The notes under the pieces are model-generated. The model ran no database searches, had not been told where the DNA came from, and was given only the letters and a program-made list of their open reading frames with translations. The position numbers were made by a program, and so were the translations under genes. Of a stretch of DNA of 64,000 bases, positions 39,733-54,943 are shown piece by piece. Positions within the stretch are counted from its first letter, which is position 1. Each line of letters opens with the position of its first letter. This DNA comes from Octopus vulgaris (lineage: Eukaryota), in assembly GCA_951406725.2 (NCBI GenBank), contig OX597814.1:222828001-222892000 (forward strand). Reading direction: 5' to 3'.

Positions 39733-39822
39733 TGTATATGTATATTATAAGAAATGAGGTACTCAGAAATCTCGATGGTTTTATATTTACAGATATTTAT
39801 CAGTATGTTACATGTTTTTATA

Positions 39823-39862
39823 AAATTAGCGCTTTCGTCCGCTCTCGTGGAGTCTTCAAATT
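39823..39862 (-). ncRNA. Degenerate minimal hammerhead-like motif in a (TA)n-adjacent repeat
   Basis: Minus: aat ttgaaga c tcc acgagagc gga c GAAAG cg CTA att; C3 replaced by U. Confidence 0.4.
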
Positions 39863-40278
39863 GAACTAACTTTTGCAGGAATTGTCACTCTTTTTATAGT
39901 ATTATTGAGTGTGTAGGGGTGGGGAGAGATATATGATAGTACAAGAGGGGGAGGAATGGGGAGAAAGTGAGAGAGAGCATGTGTGTGTGTGTTTGTATCT
40001 GAACGCAGTGTTAAAGAAAAAGAAGGAAAGGAAGAAGAAAGAGAGAAAGAAGAAAATTTTTTTGTTGATATCTTTGCAGCTGGTCAGTTTGTCAATAATA
40101 ATCGATTCTTGGCTTTGAGTAATAGCAAATCCAGCTGTTTACTACAAAGAGAGCGAAATGTCACTATTCAAAAAATTGTCTGGATTTCCTTTAAATCATT
40201 GTCTTGTGAGAGAGTGTGCATCTGTGTGTATGTGCGCGTGTCTGTGCATATCTATATGTATATTTATATATATGTATG

Positions 40279-40313
<35 letters not shown>

Positions 40314-40319
40314 TTCTAT

Positions 40320-40358
<39 letters not shown>

Positions 40359-40578
40359 TGTACATGCAGGCAAACACGCATACATACATATATACATATA
40401 TATATGTGGGGGGGGGGGTAATCTGATGTGCTGCTCTATACTTTTGTAGAGTACAAATTTATCTCTGAAAATACAAAATTTATTTATTTTTCTTAAAAAA
40501 GAATTTTACTGACAGTGACTTTAATGTTTTAGCTAGTTAAGTCATCGTTGGGCCGTTGGATTATGACTCAACAGACCG

Positions 40579-40647
<69 letters not shown>

Positions 40648-40899
40648 GCACGCACACGCATATATATGTGGGATCTTTGAAATGAAATATATACTCATGA
40701 GTGCGTGTATTTATACACACACTGAGGCACATTCCGAAGCGCACTTGCACATACATACAAACACGTAAGCAAAAACATATGTTGGCTGTCTTGAGATAAT
40801 GCGGAGGTGCTTAATTGTTGTACTGACAAACGTAGGCCGTTCGAATTACGAATACTGGAATAGCAACTATACTTTTATAATTATTCATCTTCTTGTTCA

Positions 40900-41640
40900 T
40901 GACAGGTAAATAATGGCGTCCAAATATAAGCAACATGTGGTTATTGAATTCTTCACAGAAGACTACATGTTGTTTAGAAGCGGATAATGTGGGATGTTAT
41001 CCAATGTACATAGATGAGTAAAGAAATTGCACGCAATCGAATATCATCAAGTTCTGCAACTCAAGTGTATCACCAGTAAGTGTATTAGCAGATTCTAGCA
41101 AAGAGATCGTGAGCTTATTGCGCAACTAATCTCTAGTCACAATGTATTTATATATCATGACAGATAACATTCGGTGTGGAAAATGAGGTGCCGAGTGGAC
41201 ACTTCACATGTTGAAATCTGACTTGTTAGATAAAAGCATTAAATTATTGTCTGATCTGCTGGAAGCGTTTGAAGCCAATGAAGACCCGTTTCTTCCGAAC
41301 ACTTGATGATCATGTGATCTTACTTTTATAATCCAGAAGCAAAGGCTCTCCTCATAGACTGTCGTCACACTTCCTCTCTGAAGCTTAAAATGTTTCTACC
41401 AGCAAAGAAATGCTTGACTGTTTGTGAAGAGCAAGGGTGTCATTCACCTTGCGTTTCGAGAATGTATTTGTAATGTGAACAAAGTGTAGTGCATTGAGGC
41501 ACTCAGAACGTTTAGAGAAGCCATAACGAACACAAATCTGAAAACGATTGCCATTAACCATTATAATGAGAGACTATACACATCTTTGTCAACAAATGAA
41601 GTAATCGGTAATCGAGTTAATGAAGACATTCTACAGAGAC
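40900..41640 (+). mobile_element. Highly decayed mariner transposase remnant
   Basis: VIEF; K..AEWTLHML (WVPHEL-like); YNPEAK...RHTSSLKLKMF; HYNERLYTS (HDNARPH-like); many stops. Confidence 0.6.
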
Positions 41641-42747
41641 AATAATTTTGTTTCTAAAATCCAGTATCGCAGCACTTATGGTATACTTTGCATTTAGCAA
41701 AACTCCACCTCCTGCAGAGTTGAAAAAATATTTGTATGATCAAAAAAGAATATCATCTATGGCCAGAAATATCGAATAAGACATTGAAACAGCGAGAGGA
41801 TTCAAGAACTGAAAGTAGGAAATGACAAATAACTGAAAAGAGAATGAATTATTATACGGCCAGTTAATGGAAAAATCTGATGATGTTGGATGTGAAGAAC
41901 GCTGGTTGTGCTTGACAGATAGGAACCAGACGTTAGTAATGTTTGTGATCATGATGATCGCTGTGGTGGTTGTTGGTGGGAAGATGGTGTGATGGTGTTG
42001 CTATAGACGCTGTAACTGATAGTTAATCCCAACATTCGTTTCCTAGCTTAATAAACACTGTTATATGTTTGATGTAGGGAAGAAATAGAAAATATTTGAA
42101 CGAAATATCTTTTGAGGCCATCATCAAAAATGACAGCAACAACATCAACGATAACTACTACAACAACAACAACAACATCAACGATAACTACAACAACAAC
42201 AACAATAATAACAAGACAAGAACTTTAATAACAAAAATTACCACGCAGAATTTGGCTTCGATGCTAAAAAAAGATCGGGTGAAAGGAGAACGTAGTCGTG
42301 ATATATGAGGCGAGGTTGGCCTCCGCTTTTAAGTACATATGTATTTCGGACTTAAAATGTGAATACATGTTTCATCTCTTCTCTTTAGAACATGTGTAAG
42401 GAATTACTAGACATCGCTATCAACATCAACACCAGTATATAATGTCTTCAACCCAAACAACCATCTCCAACAATATAAATAGAAACGATAAGGAAAGAGA
42501 AAAACAGAACAAGGGGAAATCAGATCAGACAAACATTTCCAGCCCTACTATTACTGCTGTTGATACTACTAATACTATCACACCAGCTACAGCAGTTTAT
42601 ACTACTACTACTACTACTACTTTTATTACTGTTTCTAATGTATTAGCAACATCTGTTAATACACCTACTATTAATAATGTTGCTTTCGCCAACATTATCA
42701 ACGCAACTGGTAGAGGTTGCTGCTGCTACTACTACTACTACTACTAT

Positions 42748-42781
<34 letters not shown>

Positions 42782-43418
42782 AGTGAATGTTCTAATGAAT
42801 GTTTCTCTTTATGAAGGTTAGTAACAAAGGCAAAAGCTTTGATAACAGCAAAATCACAGAAAATAAAAAGCTAATCTTACAGTGAGTTTACAGTTAGATG
42901 AGGGAATGTTCACATGGTGAAGTCCAAGTAGGCAACTTGGTATATACAACTTTTGTATGTGTATATATATGCGTATATAAGTGTGTGTGCGTGCGTGTGT
43001 GTGTGCGTGTGTGTGTTGGGGGGTTCAAATGTAAAGAAAACAAGACAGACACAGGTGAGGGAACATCAACCAGGTGTATTAGTTTGATGCACGGGAAAAA
43101 TTGAAAAGTTTTTGAAGTTTCACGCCTATACTTTCCGGAATGAGACGTACGAAAATGGAGAGAGAAAGAGAGAGAGAGGGGGGGACGGAGATGGAAAAAC
43201 TGTGCCGGTATTAACAGTTCCATGTGTGTGTGTGTTTAAACGCACACAGACATATATATATATATATATAAAGACAGAGATAACGTGAGAGAAAAATTAT
43301 AGAAAGAGAGCGAGAGCAAGAGAGAGAGAGAAAGAGATAGATAGATAGAGAGAAAGAAAGAGAGAAAGAGATAGATGGATAGAGAGAGAGAGAGAGAGAG
43401 AGAGATAGTTAGAGAGAG

Positions 43419-43486
<68 letters not shown>

Positions 43487-43550
43487 GTTAACTTCATGCA
43501 TTAAGAACAAACTCATGCTTATTTTTCTATCCTTATTTCAGTAATGAGAT

Positions 43551-43840
43551 GGCGCAGGAGTGACTTTGTAGTAAGATGTTTGCTTCTAAACCACGCAGTT
43601 CCCGGTTGACTCACACTACGTGGCACCTTCGGCAAATGTCTTCTAGTAGAGCATCGGGCAAACCAAAGCCTTGTTAGTGTTCAGTAGACGGAAACTGAAA
43701 GAAGCGTCTCGTATATGTGTATATATCTGTGTGTGTGTGTTTGTGTTTGTCTCCCACTACCGCATAAGTACTGTAGTCGATTTGTTCGGTTGAAATTTGT
43801 CAAAGCGGTGCCCCAGCATAGCCGCAGTCTCATGACTGAC
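43551..43840 (+). mobile_element. Diverged SINE family A
   Basis: ggcgcaggagtgac...gtggcaccttcggcaaatgtcttcta...gcggtgccccagcatagccgcagtc. Confidence 0.8.
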
Positions 43841-44101
43841 CCAAGACTGACCCAAGCTAAATAGAAGCCAAATACAAGCCTAGCTAAATAGAAGCTTCGC
43901 ATAATCACAACCATCAGCTTTCAGGATAAATCGTTCCCGGAATTGCCACTTTACTGCTGACATCAGACACACGCACAGTATTAGCATTTCCCATATTCTA
44001 TTTTTAATTAATTTTACCTAACACAAATTTTGGAGATATTTCCACTGCCTTTCTGAACTAGAAGTGATCATTAAGCTAATGGTTCTTTCTCTTCACTATA
44101 G

Positions 44102-44339
44102 GTGGCAAATTAATTAATTAAAATTTCTTGGCTCACTGCAGCCTTTTAGCAACCACTTCACCATTTATTTTCCCCATGCCGAGCGCGTCCTGGGTGTTTT
44201 CTTTCAACACAACAGTCCCGATACTGATTCCTCCGCATCCCCATTATCCCCATCCTCATCCTCCTCTTCATAATCATCATAATCATCGTCATCATCACAT
44301 GATGAAGATACTCAGAACACATTCAGCTCAACAATGCAG
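44102..44339 (+). other. Candidate spliced exon (possible start-codon exon, Pro/His-rich)
   Basis: Branch-like ctaat + ttctttctcttcactatag acceptor; ATG 44176 opens MPSASWVFSFNTTVPILIPPHPHYPHPHPPLHNHHNHRHHHMMKILRTHSAQQC up to cag|gtaaca; no homology recognised. Confidence 0.3.
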
Positions 44340-45018
44340 GTAACAGGTTTGTTAGGAACACGGTATAAGTCATGATTATATCGATGAAATGATGTGATAA
44401 ATTTAAATATCACCACATGAAGCGGAGCTGAGAATATATAATTTATTGCTTAGCCAGAGAAGTAAGTCAAGCAAGTAAGTCTTTTCAAAGTATTAAAACT
44501 AGTGAATGGAAAGCTGGAAGTTATCCTCAGAATGAGGACTGCAACAGAATGATCTGTTCCAAAATGCATCAAGGGTTCAGTGTTAGAGTTAATATTCAGA
44601 GATGTCAATGTATCAAATCTGAAAAGTTGGACGTAATGAATGTGAAAACAAAAAAAAGAAGTTTCTGGGAGTTATGTTTTATGTGCCTTTTGCGAAACCC
44701 TTCCATGAAATGTTCTACCCAGAAAGGAACACTTTTTTTCCTTCCTAGCAGCATAATATTTGTGCTATTGCTCCAATACAATGTCCACTAGATATGGAGA
44801 GCTTCAAAGACAGCAGTTTTACAATAAATTTATGGTAAAATTGTTTTGTAGTCTATCTAGTGCTCAAAACATGTATTCGAATATAGAACAGGCATTAAAT
44901 AGATTTATAAATTTATAGGAACTCACTAACGCATGCATGATATATGTGTGTGTGTGTCTTATATATGTTATACATACATAAGTACACATACACACGCACG
45001 CAAACACAGACACACACA

Positions 45019-45067
<49 letters not shown>

Positions 45068-45158
45068 ATATATATAGTTTTTTGCATAGTAAAATATAGT
45101 TTTATGCACACTCACATATACACACAACATAGACCCAGACACACAACAAACACACAAA

Positions 45159-45211
<53 letters not shown>

Positions 45212-46360
45212 ACTCACATTGTTTTTGCATAATAATTTATGTGAAGTTAGAAAGCAATTTGAAAGACATAATAGGTAATATGAAAAGATATATGTTTTTG
45301 ATTCCATTTTCGCCAAGTAAGTGTAATAAATTTCAGCCACATAAATCATTTTACGCTCATTTTTCATCCGAATTCACGGAATAAATTGTTTGCATTATTC
45401 ATAAAGTATTATATCGTATTAATATCTCATAACTGTATTCATTTCATCATCAATTTTGTTAGTCTCCCAAAATGAACTTTTTATATTCTGTGAAAGGGCA
45501 GCATGCAGACGGGTATCGTATGTATACAGCCGTAAGTCTACACATTGTGACGTATGATTATAGATATGAATAGGGTGTCTTGCTATGGAAAGTGATATGT
45601 TTTGCTTCATGCTATTAACAAAGCTGAGAGCTTATCAAACAGCAATTAATTTTAATTTGCTCAGCTAAATTCGTTCATTGAATATTCCACCCATCATTCT
45701 AGCATTTGCAGAACGATATATTAATAACTAACATAGTATACAACACGAACCAATTCACTTTTAGTTTCTTAGGTCTCACATGAAGAAATATAAGAATATA
45801 TCTGCAATGTGGGCCGGCGCATCCATATATTTCTTCCCAGTGATTACACAGTAATTCGTTTGCATGTGTATAAGCACAAACGAACACACGTATAAAGAAA
45901 GCACAAACGAACACACGTATAAAGCTAATGGATGCAGCTTACATATGTTTCTGATAAGTTCGGAGAATCAGGTTTCCCTCATACAATAATCACGTTTAGC
46001 AATCGATCCCATTGGCGGTCGATTGAATAAGTTAGAGAACAAATTCACCATTGCTAACTTCTCCAGAGCTAAACCACATTTGTTGCGAGGGAGGATGGCT
46101 GACCACTGTAGTAATAGTAGAACTAGGTCAGGGGGGAAGAGGAGCTCGCAGAGAAATATACATAAAAGTACTTATCTGACCAGAAAAGAAATTAACGTTC
46201 GATATCTCGCTATTTAATTCAGTTGTATGTATGCATGTATGTATGTATGTATGCATGTTATGTATGTTCGTATGAATGCATGCATGTATGTATGTATGTA
46301 TGTATGTATGTATGTATGTATGTATGTATGTATGTATGTATGTATGTATGTACTGACATA

Positions 46361-46576
46361 CAGTAGGTGCTGAAATGTTTCTGGCTTTGGAAAAAGAATA
46401 TGCCGGTGGATCAGTTAATTATGATTTTTAGACAACGTATTACCGTCTGATATTCACACACTTATTGTAACTGTCTTTCAGTTTTGCTAAGTTCTGTAAA
46501 AGAACATGGAAGGTTGGGCCTCCAGCCAGACCTTTCGCGATACCCTTAAAGCCAAGAACATTTCAGTATCCTCTCG
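46361..46576 (-). mobile_element. Mariner-derived MITE
   Basis: TA flanks; TIRs ggtgctgaaatgtttctggcttt / aaagccaagaacatttcagtatc; minus strand retains a mariner C-terminal remnant (KLKDSYNKCVNIR..YV). Confidence 0.75.
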
Positions 46577-47340
46577 TAGATTTCACAATGTTCGAGTCAT
46601 GATCATAAATTTGAGGATTCAACTCCTCGACCGAGCGCCATGTTGTGTTGCTGAGAAAGGAACTTAGTCTTTTCAGCCGAATGCTGATGCAACGCTCGTG
46701 CTTCCTTTCCTTACTCTCTTTCCCTCTCCAGCTCACATGTCTTGGATGTTCCGCTGAATCAACAATCGACTACAACATGGGTGCCTAAATTAATTAGAAA
46801 ACGTTTCATGCATTTTGCGAAGTCATAATACCTCACGAGAGACGGCTGATTTTAATATACACATGGACCTAAATATATATATGCTCGCACACGCATATAT
46901 AATCCTTTATTCTGTTGTGTGTTTCAACACAAAGATTTTGGCCAGAGTAATCATACATGACCTACTTCAACTTTCAGGATCAGATAGCTAGTTTTGTATG
47001 CAGTAAATGACCCAGTAACCGTAAGGTTTCATACAAGAAGAGCCATGTTATTTGAAACTGAAAGCTTACTGAAGCTATATAAAGCTTGAAATTCACATAC
47101 AGCTCTTGTATTCGTTATATTGTATTTATTCTTCGCTCAATTGAGTGCTAAATTTTGCTGACCTTTTCAAAAGCTGACAGTAAAATACATATGTATGTAT
47201 AATGGAAGCAGAAGATACCTCCAAAGTATCATAAAAACCTTCCTTCCAGGCGGAGTAATCTCATATGTATACACATATTCGTATATGTATATATATATGT
47301 ATATGTGTACATATATATATATGTTCGTATGTACATACAC

Positions 47341-47380
<40 letters not shown>

Positions 47381-50355
47381 GTCTGTGTGTATATGTCTTT
47401 GTTTATGATCCACATTGCCTCTTTCTTAGATTCTTATATATCGTTAGATAGTCATTCGTTATTTTCAATAACAAAAATCACGGTTCACAAAACCAAATCG
47501 AAACGTACGAAAAAGAGACTCATGTATAGAAATGAATGTCACGAAAATTTAATACACTCAACAAAACATATTACTAAGCATCGCAAACAAAACGGAAGTA
47601 TATCTGAAATTTCCCCGCGTTTATCAAAATCAGACAAACTTCCCACGATCTATACTTAATTTTAATTTATTAGAATTTTGTAGTTTAACATACCATATAA
47701 ACTAGCGCCTCATTTACTTTAAAACCCAGCTTTTAAACGGAACCAATCAACCATTGAAGAAGATGAATCTAAACCATTCAAGAAACTGAATCGAAATCTT
47801 CTTTGAATAGAACAGCAAAACCTCTGGAATGAATTTACGTAAGCCTGTAGGAACGGTCGACTATGTATAAACACCCACACATGTTTTCATATATAAAGCA
47901 GCAAAGTGAAACTTCGCTGTTCAATACAGTTGTAGTTAATATTCCAAGAATAAGAGGTTCCAGTTTAACACTTCGTCAAATAGGCTGCATGTATTAGATA
48001 TGCATACTTATATATTACTGCATATCTAATAATCTATTTTTGCTCTCTCTCTCTCTTTCTCTTTTTTGTGTGTGTGTATGAAACGCTTTACGGTTTCTAT
48101 TTGGGCGTGCCATCTTGCCAATAAACAACCTGAGTTGTATGTATATAAAAGAACGAAAATTTCCCGTGACGTGAGCAAAAATCTATTGAAGACACCTCAA
48201 AGCATGTGGTTCTCTCCACTCCAAGCGGTACACCCAAACGCCGACAACATTCAGATAGAAAAGTTATTGTAAGTAGTAAGAATTAGAGATAGCAAAATAG
48301 CAATAACAGAAGCGATAATAACGCTAATAACCGCTAGAATAGTAGGGCTGACTTTCTCTATCCCATATAATTTAGTATGTGATCTTTTTGAGTAACAAAT
48401 TAACCAAGTAACAGCGAATATTAGTAATATCTATGTGTACCATTTGGTGTTGTGTGTGTGTGTGTGTGTGAGTGTGTGTGTGAATGCTTGCTTCTATGTA
48501 TGCGTGCGTGTACACATTCTTGACTCTTTCTTACTCTCTCATTCTTTCTGTCTTTCGCGCTCTCTCACTCTCCCTCCCTCTCTCTCTCTCTCTGTACATA
48601 TATACTTATTCATATATATACATATATATAGGAACAGCTAAACTTTTTTTCATTAAACACAAGACTTTATCCAAGTTTTGTCTTTTTATTTTAGCTTTAT
48701 TGCACTTTCTTATTAGCACTTTACAGCTAGTTTCGAAATATGCAGTTTCTAATAACATATTCGATGTTTCCAGATACTCACAATTTTATTTTCAAGATGT
48801 GTTAGATTTGGCTCTTGCGTTATTTCTTATAAACGGTCCGAATTCATGTTGCTTTTCGCAGAATAATCACAAAGCAAAAATTAATATTCTGAATGCATTC
48901 AATACGCACGTTTCGAGTAACTACGTAATACATCTTTATCAGGCGATATATCGATATGTGAATGAAACTATAGAAAAATCTTCCCTATCTATAATAGTTG
49001 CCTTGATAGCCGTTGAAAACATTCCATAAAAACAGAGAGGTAAAAAAAGGTAGCTAGAGAAGGAAGGCAAAGAAAGACCTGCAAAAGAAGAGGAGAAGGT
49101 GGAGGAGGAGAATATGATTAAGTAAACAGAAAACAAAGAAACAAAAAGAAAAGAAAATCACACATTTTATGAATTTCTTCCAGGCTGTATTTTCCATCTG
49201 TAATAAATGTCTCACATCCTAAACACTTAAATTTATATACCACGTGTTATGTCAGGCTGATGATTTCAGAAGAGAATGAAATGGTGTTGTATGTGCTTAC
49301 TTAACACATTTGTAATGAGTAAGCAAAATAAAAATAATTCTATAAGAATAAATGCCAAAACGAATTTCTGTGTGTCAGTGTATCACACTTTGACCCCCTT
49401 CTCTCGCTATTCAATGACACTTCTTCCACCCTTCTTGCTGGGGTGAGAGTAATAGTAGGCATAGAGACGGTAAGGGCGGTAGTAGATTGACAGTGAAGAT
49501 GGTAATGGGGTGATGGTAATAGTATGGGCTGCAGTTGTGATAGAAGCGGAAGCGACGGCGATGATGGTGATGGTGGTGGTGGTGGTGGTGGTGGTAGCTG
49601 AGGTGGTCAAGCATGATGGTGATAGTAAGGGATGTAAAAGACACTGGTGATGGTGGTGGAGAGAAGGTGTTGAAGCCAAAGGTGTTGATGGTGATGGCGT
49701 CAGAAGTCTGAATGGAGTATGTATGGCAGTTGTGGTGGAGATGGTGGTGGTTGAAGAAAGAGAGGGAGAGAGGGAGAGAGAGAGAGAGCAATAAAGAAAG
49801 AGGTTAGGCAAATAAAAAAAATACTGATCCCCGAATGGGAAGAGAAAACATGTTGTTTATCATGAAACTCTGCAATAAGTTCCAAGTCGACAGATTTGAC
49901 AAAAAATGTCCATTGCTTGGGAAATATTGGTCAACTTTAATAAAATTTTATATGTACTCAATGCATGAAGTGTCATTGTTGGGCTCAACGTCCAATGAAG
50001 GATTCTCCACAGGATAGGGCGGACTTTAAACTAGTGTGTAATAGATTTCAAATTCAACCTGCTAATACTCTCAAGAATGAAGGAGTTAAGACTGCCAGGA
50101 AGGGGACATCAGTTGAATAAATATATAAATAAATGATTAAAAGATCAGAAACATTCACCTCAGGAAAATACCGAGGGAAAAAAAGAAAAGGGAAGAGAAG
50201 CTAGAAGAAGAAGAGATGGGTAAAATATAGAAAGCGGGAAGACAATTTCAAGGTAAGGAGCTACAACCGTTTCGATTACACACTAACAATGCACATAAGT
50301 ATATACATACATACATACATACATACATACATACATGCATACATACATACGTACA

Positions 50356-50394
<39 letters not shown>

Positions 50395-50929
50395 GTGTGT
50401 ATGTGTATCTATGTATATATATATATATGTATGTGCGTGTATGCATGTATGTGTATACACAGACATATGTATACACGCACATAATACATATATACCTGCC
50501 AAAATACCCATATAAGCACACACATACGTATATACCAAATGCAGGGTACATATTTATATTTACAGGCCATCATACGGACACAGACCCATATGTAAGCATT
50601 CTAATAACCTACGTCAATCGTAATACAAAATGAGAGGAGAATGGAGGAATAGCAGTGCAAAGTAGTTTAAGGAAGTTATTACGCGAAGTATTACAACCAG
50701 AAAAAGAAGACAAGATTACAGATAATCCGTAAAGGAAAAAGAAATCATAGATACAGAGAAATGCATATATCTTAATTTGAAATAAATAAAAAAAGATATC
50801 ATAAACAGAAGATATAGAAAAAAGAATGAAGTTTCTTGTGGAATGCTGCCAAATATGCTTTTGAAAAATATGCGTTAGAATATATATGTAATTATAATAT
50901 AATTATAGAATATGGAAAAGCTTCAGTCA

Positions 50930-50975
<46 letters not shown>

Positions 50976-51735
50976 CGCATGTGTATAAGACAAGTAAATG
51001 CAGTTCCAAAATCTTGCAATACAAGCTGATATCGTATTAAAGAAAGATCAATAATTAAGACAAATTGCAGTCACATGTAAAAGATATTCCGGTGAAATTA
51101 TCTATAATAATGATATCAACAATATATGGCAGGCCACCCGTTTCTTAATACAGTCTAATCGATTAATTTGACCCAATAATTGATGTGCATTTATTGTTGC
51201 GGTCCTAGAATGATGGAGTACGAAGTGAACGCTGTTTGAACTCGGTATTAATATTTCACTCTTGGTATGAAATTTTTGTTTCGTGTGTAACTTCATTTCA
51301 GAAATAATCTTTCAAACTTCACACTAAAGGATTTTTCAGTCTTGATTGACCTAACCTTTTTCAGAGACAGTTTCTCGAAAGACATTACTGCCTTTTCTAA
51401 GAACAACATATATACATGAAGGGCTAAAAGTCACGCACCAAATTTATTTATTTTACCTTATTATTATTATTCATTTTGTTCATCTTGTACATTTTGTCCA
51501 ACAAGTACAAATGTGTATTCATCATTTTATTTATTTTATTCACTTCAGAAAAATTGGAGCATGTCTTTGACAATTCCGGAGCGAATTGAACTTTACTTGT
51601 GTGTGATTTTTGGCCTAGCCTATGCATAGATGTGTGTGTGTGTGTGTGTGTAGAAATGCACCCTCACATATACACACATATATACACATATACACACATA
51701 TGTGTCTCACTTTCCCTCTCTCTCTATACATACAG

Positions 51736-51866
<131 letters not shown>

Positions 51867-52409
51867 CATACATATATGTACGGCAAATAAGAAAATGAAG
51901 AGGATACAAAAGCGACATACATCAGCCGGTAGATATTCCAAAGATTTAGAAAGTATTAGAAGAATACATACACATGTAATAACTATATGCTAAACACACA
52001 CATGTACTAAGAGTACAGAAAAAAGCAACAGATCATATAGGTTCTAGTTCCTTACGGCCGTTTCTGCCAAGAGGCAACGAAATCTTTCATGCCATCTCCA
52101 TCTCCTCAGTGTTCTGCAGGGATGGTCAGATAAAGTTTGGATGATGAATATGCCTCTAGGCTTCTTCAGAGGGTCTAAGTGGTTGGGAAACAGTTAACAA
52201 TAGGTACAGTATATTTGTCGTTTTTGAAAGGGCAGAAAAAGAATCGGAGCAAACATGGGGACGTTAGTGAAGCGCAACTCATTAAAATTTTATATTTTGC
52301 CGATCAACAAGTTTCGCATTTCCCTGTTATTACATGTGTATGTATTATTTCTAATACATTCTTATACTTTGGAATAAATAGACATACTAGAATAAATAGA
52401 CATACTACC

Positions 52410-52630
52410 GGCTGATGTATGTAGTTTTTGTATCCTTTCCATTCTCTTATTTGCCCTATAAATTAAGGGCAAACACTTTTTACCCGCGCCTATATATAAA
52501 ACTCAATTGTGAGATTGCCACGCAATAACCAGCACTTGGATATGAATAACTGGGCACACCACCAGCAGTATATTGAATAGATACTATCCCTTAGTTGGTT
52601 GGTTTCCCAACCACTAACTCACACAGAAAT
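52410..52630 (+). mobile_element. Partial copy of the 15370-15560 Penelope-like repeat (opposite orientation)
   Basis: ccagcagtatattgaatagatactatcccttagttggtt resembles the reverse complement of aaccatctaagggatagtagatatccaatatactactgg; ends in (TA)n. Confidence 0.6.
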
Positions 52631-53463
52631 ATATATATATAATGTAATTTGTGAGAAGCTTTGCCTTCTGGCATGATAATATTCAGCAAATGTCAATGCT
52701 TGGTAGACTCGTCAGAGTACTTTTTATTAATATCATTTTGCTGTTTAGTAATATCACTTTGCTTTCAGAGTTCAAATGTTGTGAGGATTGATTTTGTCTT
52801 TAATCCCTCCACGGTCGATAAAAATGTATCAGTGAAATACCCAGGTCAATTTAATCGATTTTAATCTTCCCCATATGCTGTGCTTTTGTACCTAGGCTAG
52901 AAATCAATATTAACTTAATTATTTACTGTATTTGTAAACAAATAAGGTAGCGTCTCTACTGTCTGTTACAAAACTGGCAAAAGAATTACAAATGAAATGA
53001 GGCGGATAATTGTGTCTATATGGGTAGACATGAGTGAATTATAAATATACATATGTATGTGATCATCTTCGTTTGTATGGGTGTACGAATGTGTGCATGC
53101 ATTAGTGTGTGAACGAAAATTTATCGGAAATATATGTAAGACTGCGGGTAAACGAATGTGTGTGTGTCTGTATATGTGTGTGTGCGCGCAGGCGTGCGTA
53201 TGTGTGGGCATGTGTATGCGTATGTGGGTGTGAGTGTGGTATTCATGTATGTATGATTGTATATAGTAAAAGTGAATTCAATGAATATAAACTGAATCAA
53301 TATGATGGAAAAAATAGAAAAATTTTAACATATGAAAAGGAAATGAAATGTATACAAGTGTAAAATCGTTAGAGCAGTGTACTTCAAGCCGAAGTAGTAA
53401 ATGTTACCCTGTTTATATACATGCATATATACACACATATATATGTACATATACATATACATA

Positions 53464-53925
<462 letters not shown>

Positions 53926-53956
53926 ATACACACTCATACACACATATATATACATA

Positions 53957-54328
53957 CTAGCTGTATCGCCCGGCGTTGCTCAAGTTTGTAAGGGAAATAA
54001 CTATAAAGCATTTTTAGAGAGTTATAGCCAAAAAATAGCAAAAAAATGGAAAAAAAATGATGGTAAATTTTTTTTTTGAGTTAAAAAAGGTCGAGTTGCG
54101 TCCCCTAGACAGTCTGTGGTTTGTTCGATCCCATGTCGAATTTATCGATTTTTTTCAGAACTGGGGGAACTTTTCAAAATTTTCGCTGCGTTAGTTTTGA
54201 ATTATGACATTGGGCTATGTGTGTGTCAAGTTTCATCAGAATCGGTTGAAAGCTGTGGTCAGGGTGAGGGTACAACCTGACAGACACACAGAAACACACA
54301 CAGACAAACTGCCGTTTATATAGAGAGA
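53957..54328 (-). mobile_element. Non-autonomous Helitron
   Basis: Minus: a|tctctctatataaacggcag ... cttacaaacttgagcaacgccgggcgatacagctag|t; 3' ~60 bp shared with 8640-9036. Confidence 0.8.
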
Positions 54329-54454
54329 TATATATATACATGTATTGTATTTCTTATTACCATATATGCATGCATACATATATATGTGTGTTTGAATGTG
54401 TGTGTGTCTGTGTGTGTTTGTGTGTGTGTGTCTGTCTGTGTCTGTGCAACCTAG

Positions 54455-54705
54455 TACGCGACCTAGTTAATAGGTATTGCCCTCAATCGAAAGATTGTGG
54501 TGTCAATTCCTGGACCGGTTGGTACGTTGTGATCTTGAGCAAAATACTTCATCTCACGTTGATCTGCGCCCACTTCAACACCTGACGTGGCGTACGCCAT
54601 GCAACGGTTCAGGTAATGTCAATGTTATGGAGGGAACCAGCTAATACATTTGATCGCTATAAAGAAATCATCTATGCAGGCTGTTCAACAGGAAATTGCA
54701 GAACC
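54455..54705 (+). mobile_element. Diverged tRNA-SINE (head D + different body)
   Basis: attcctggaccgg..cgttgtgatcttgagcaaaatacttcatctcacgttg shared with the head of 62126-62380. Confidence 0.6.
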
Positions 54706-54943
54706 TAGTTTTTCAAGTTACAGTCATGCAGGTAAAGGCAAAACTACTTGCTTGACTATACTGATATAGAACTTAAAAATTTTCGAAACCCCATACTAAG
54801 TTCCTTAGTATGTTGATAGAACCCGTTTTTCCTACATGTGTGGCGTGGGTAAGCGCATTTTTCACTTACGTGAGGCATAATCCGGTCGATACTGCAACGA
54901 GATTTCGATTTTATGGGCGAATAAATAGAAAGCCGATATTCTG

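Noticed and set aside
45872-45924. Small tandem duplications (27 bp here; 18 bp at 52372-52407; ~39-bp spacing at 2671-2735)
   Set aside because: Ordinary slippage or repair duplications
49250-49295. ctgatga...gaaat motif
   Set aside because: Stems I and III do not pair
52117-52326. Possible Tc1-type MITE (caggga...tccctg)
   Set aside because: TIR match too short and degenerate
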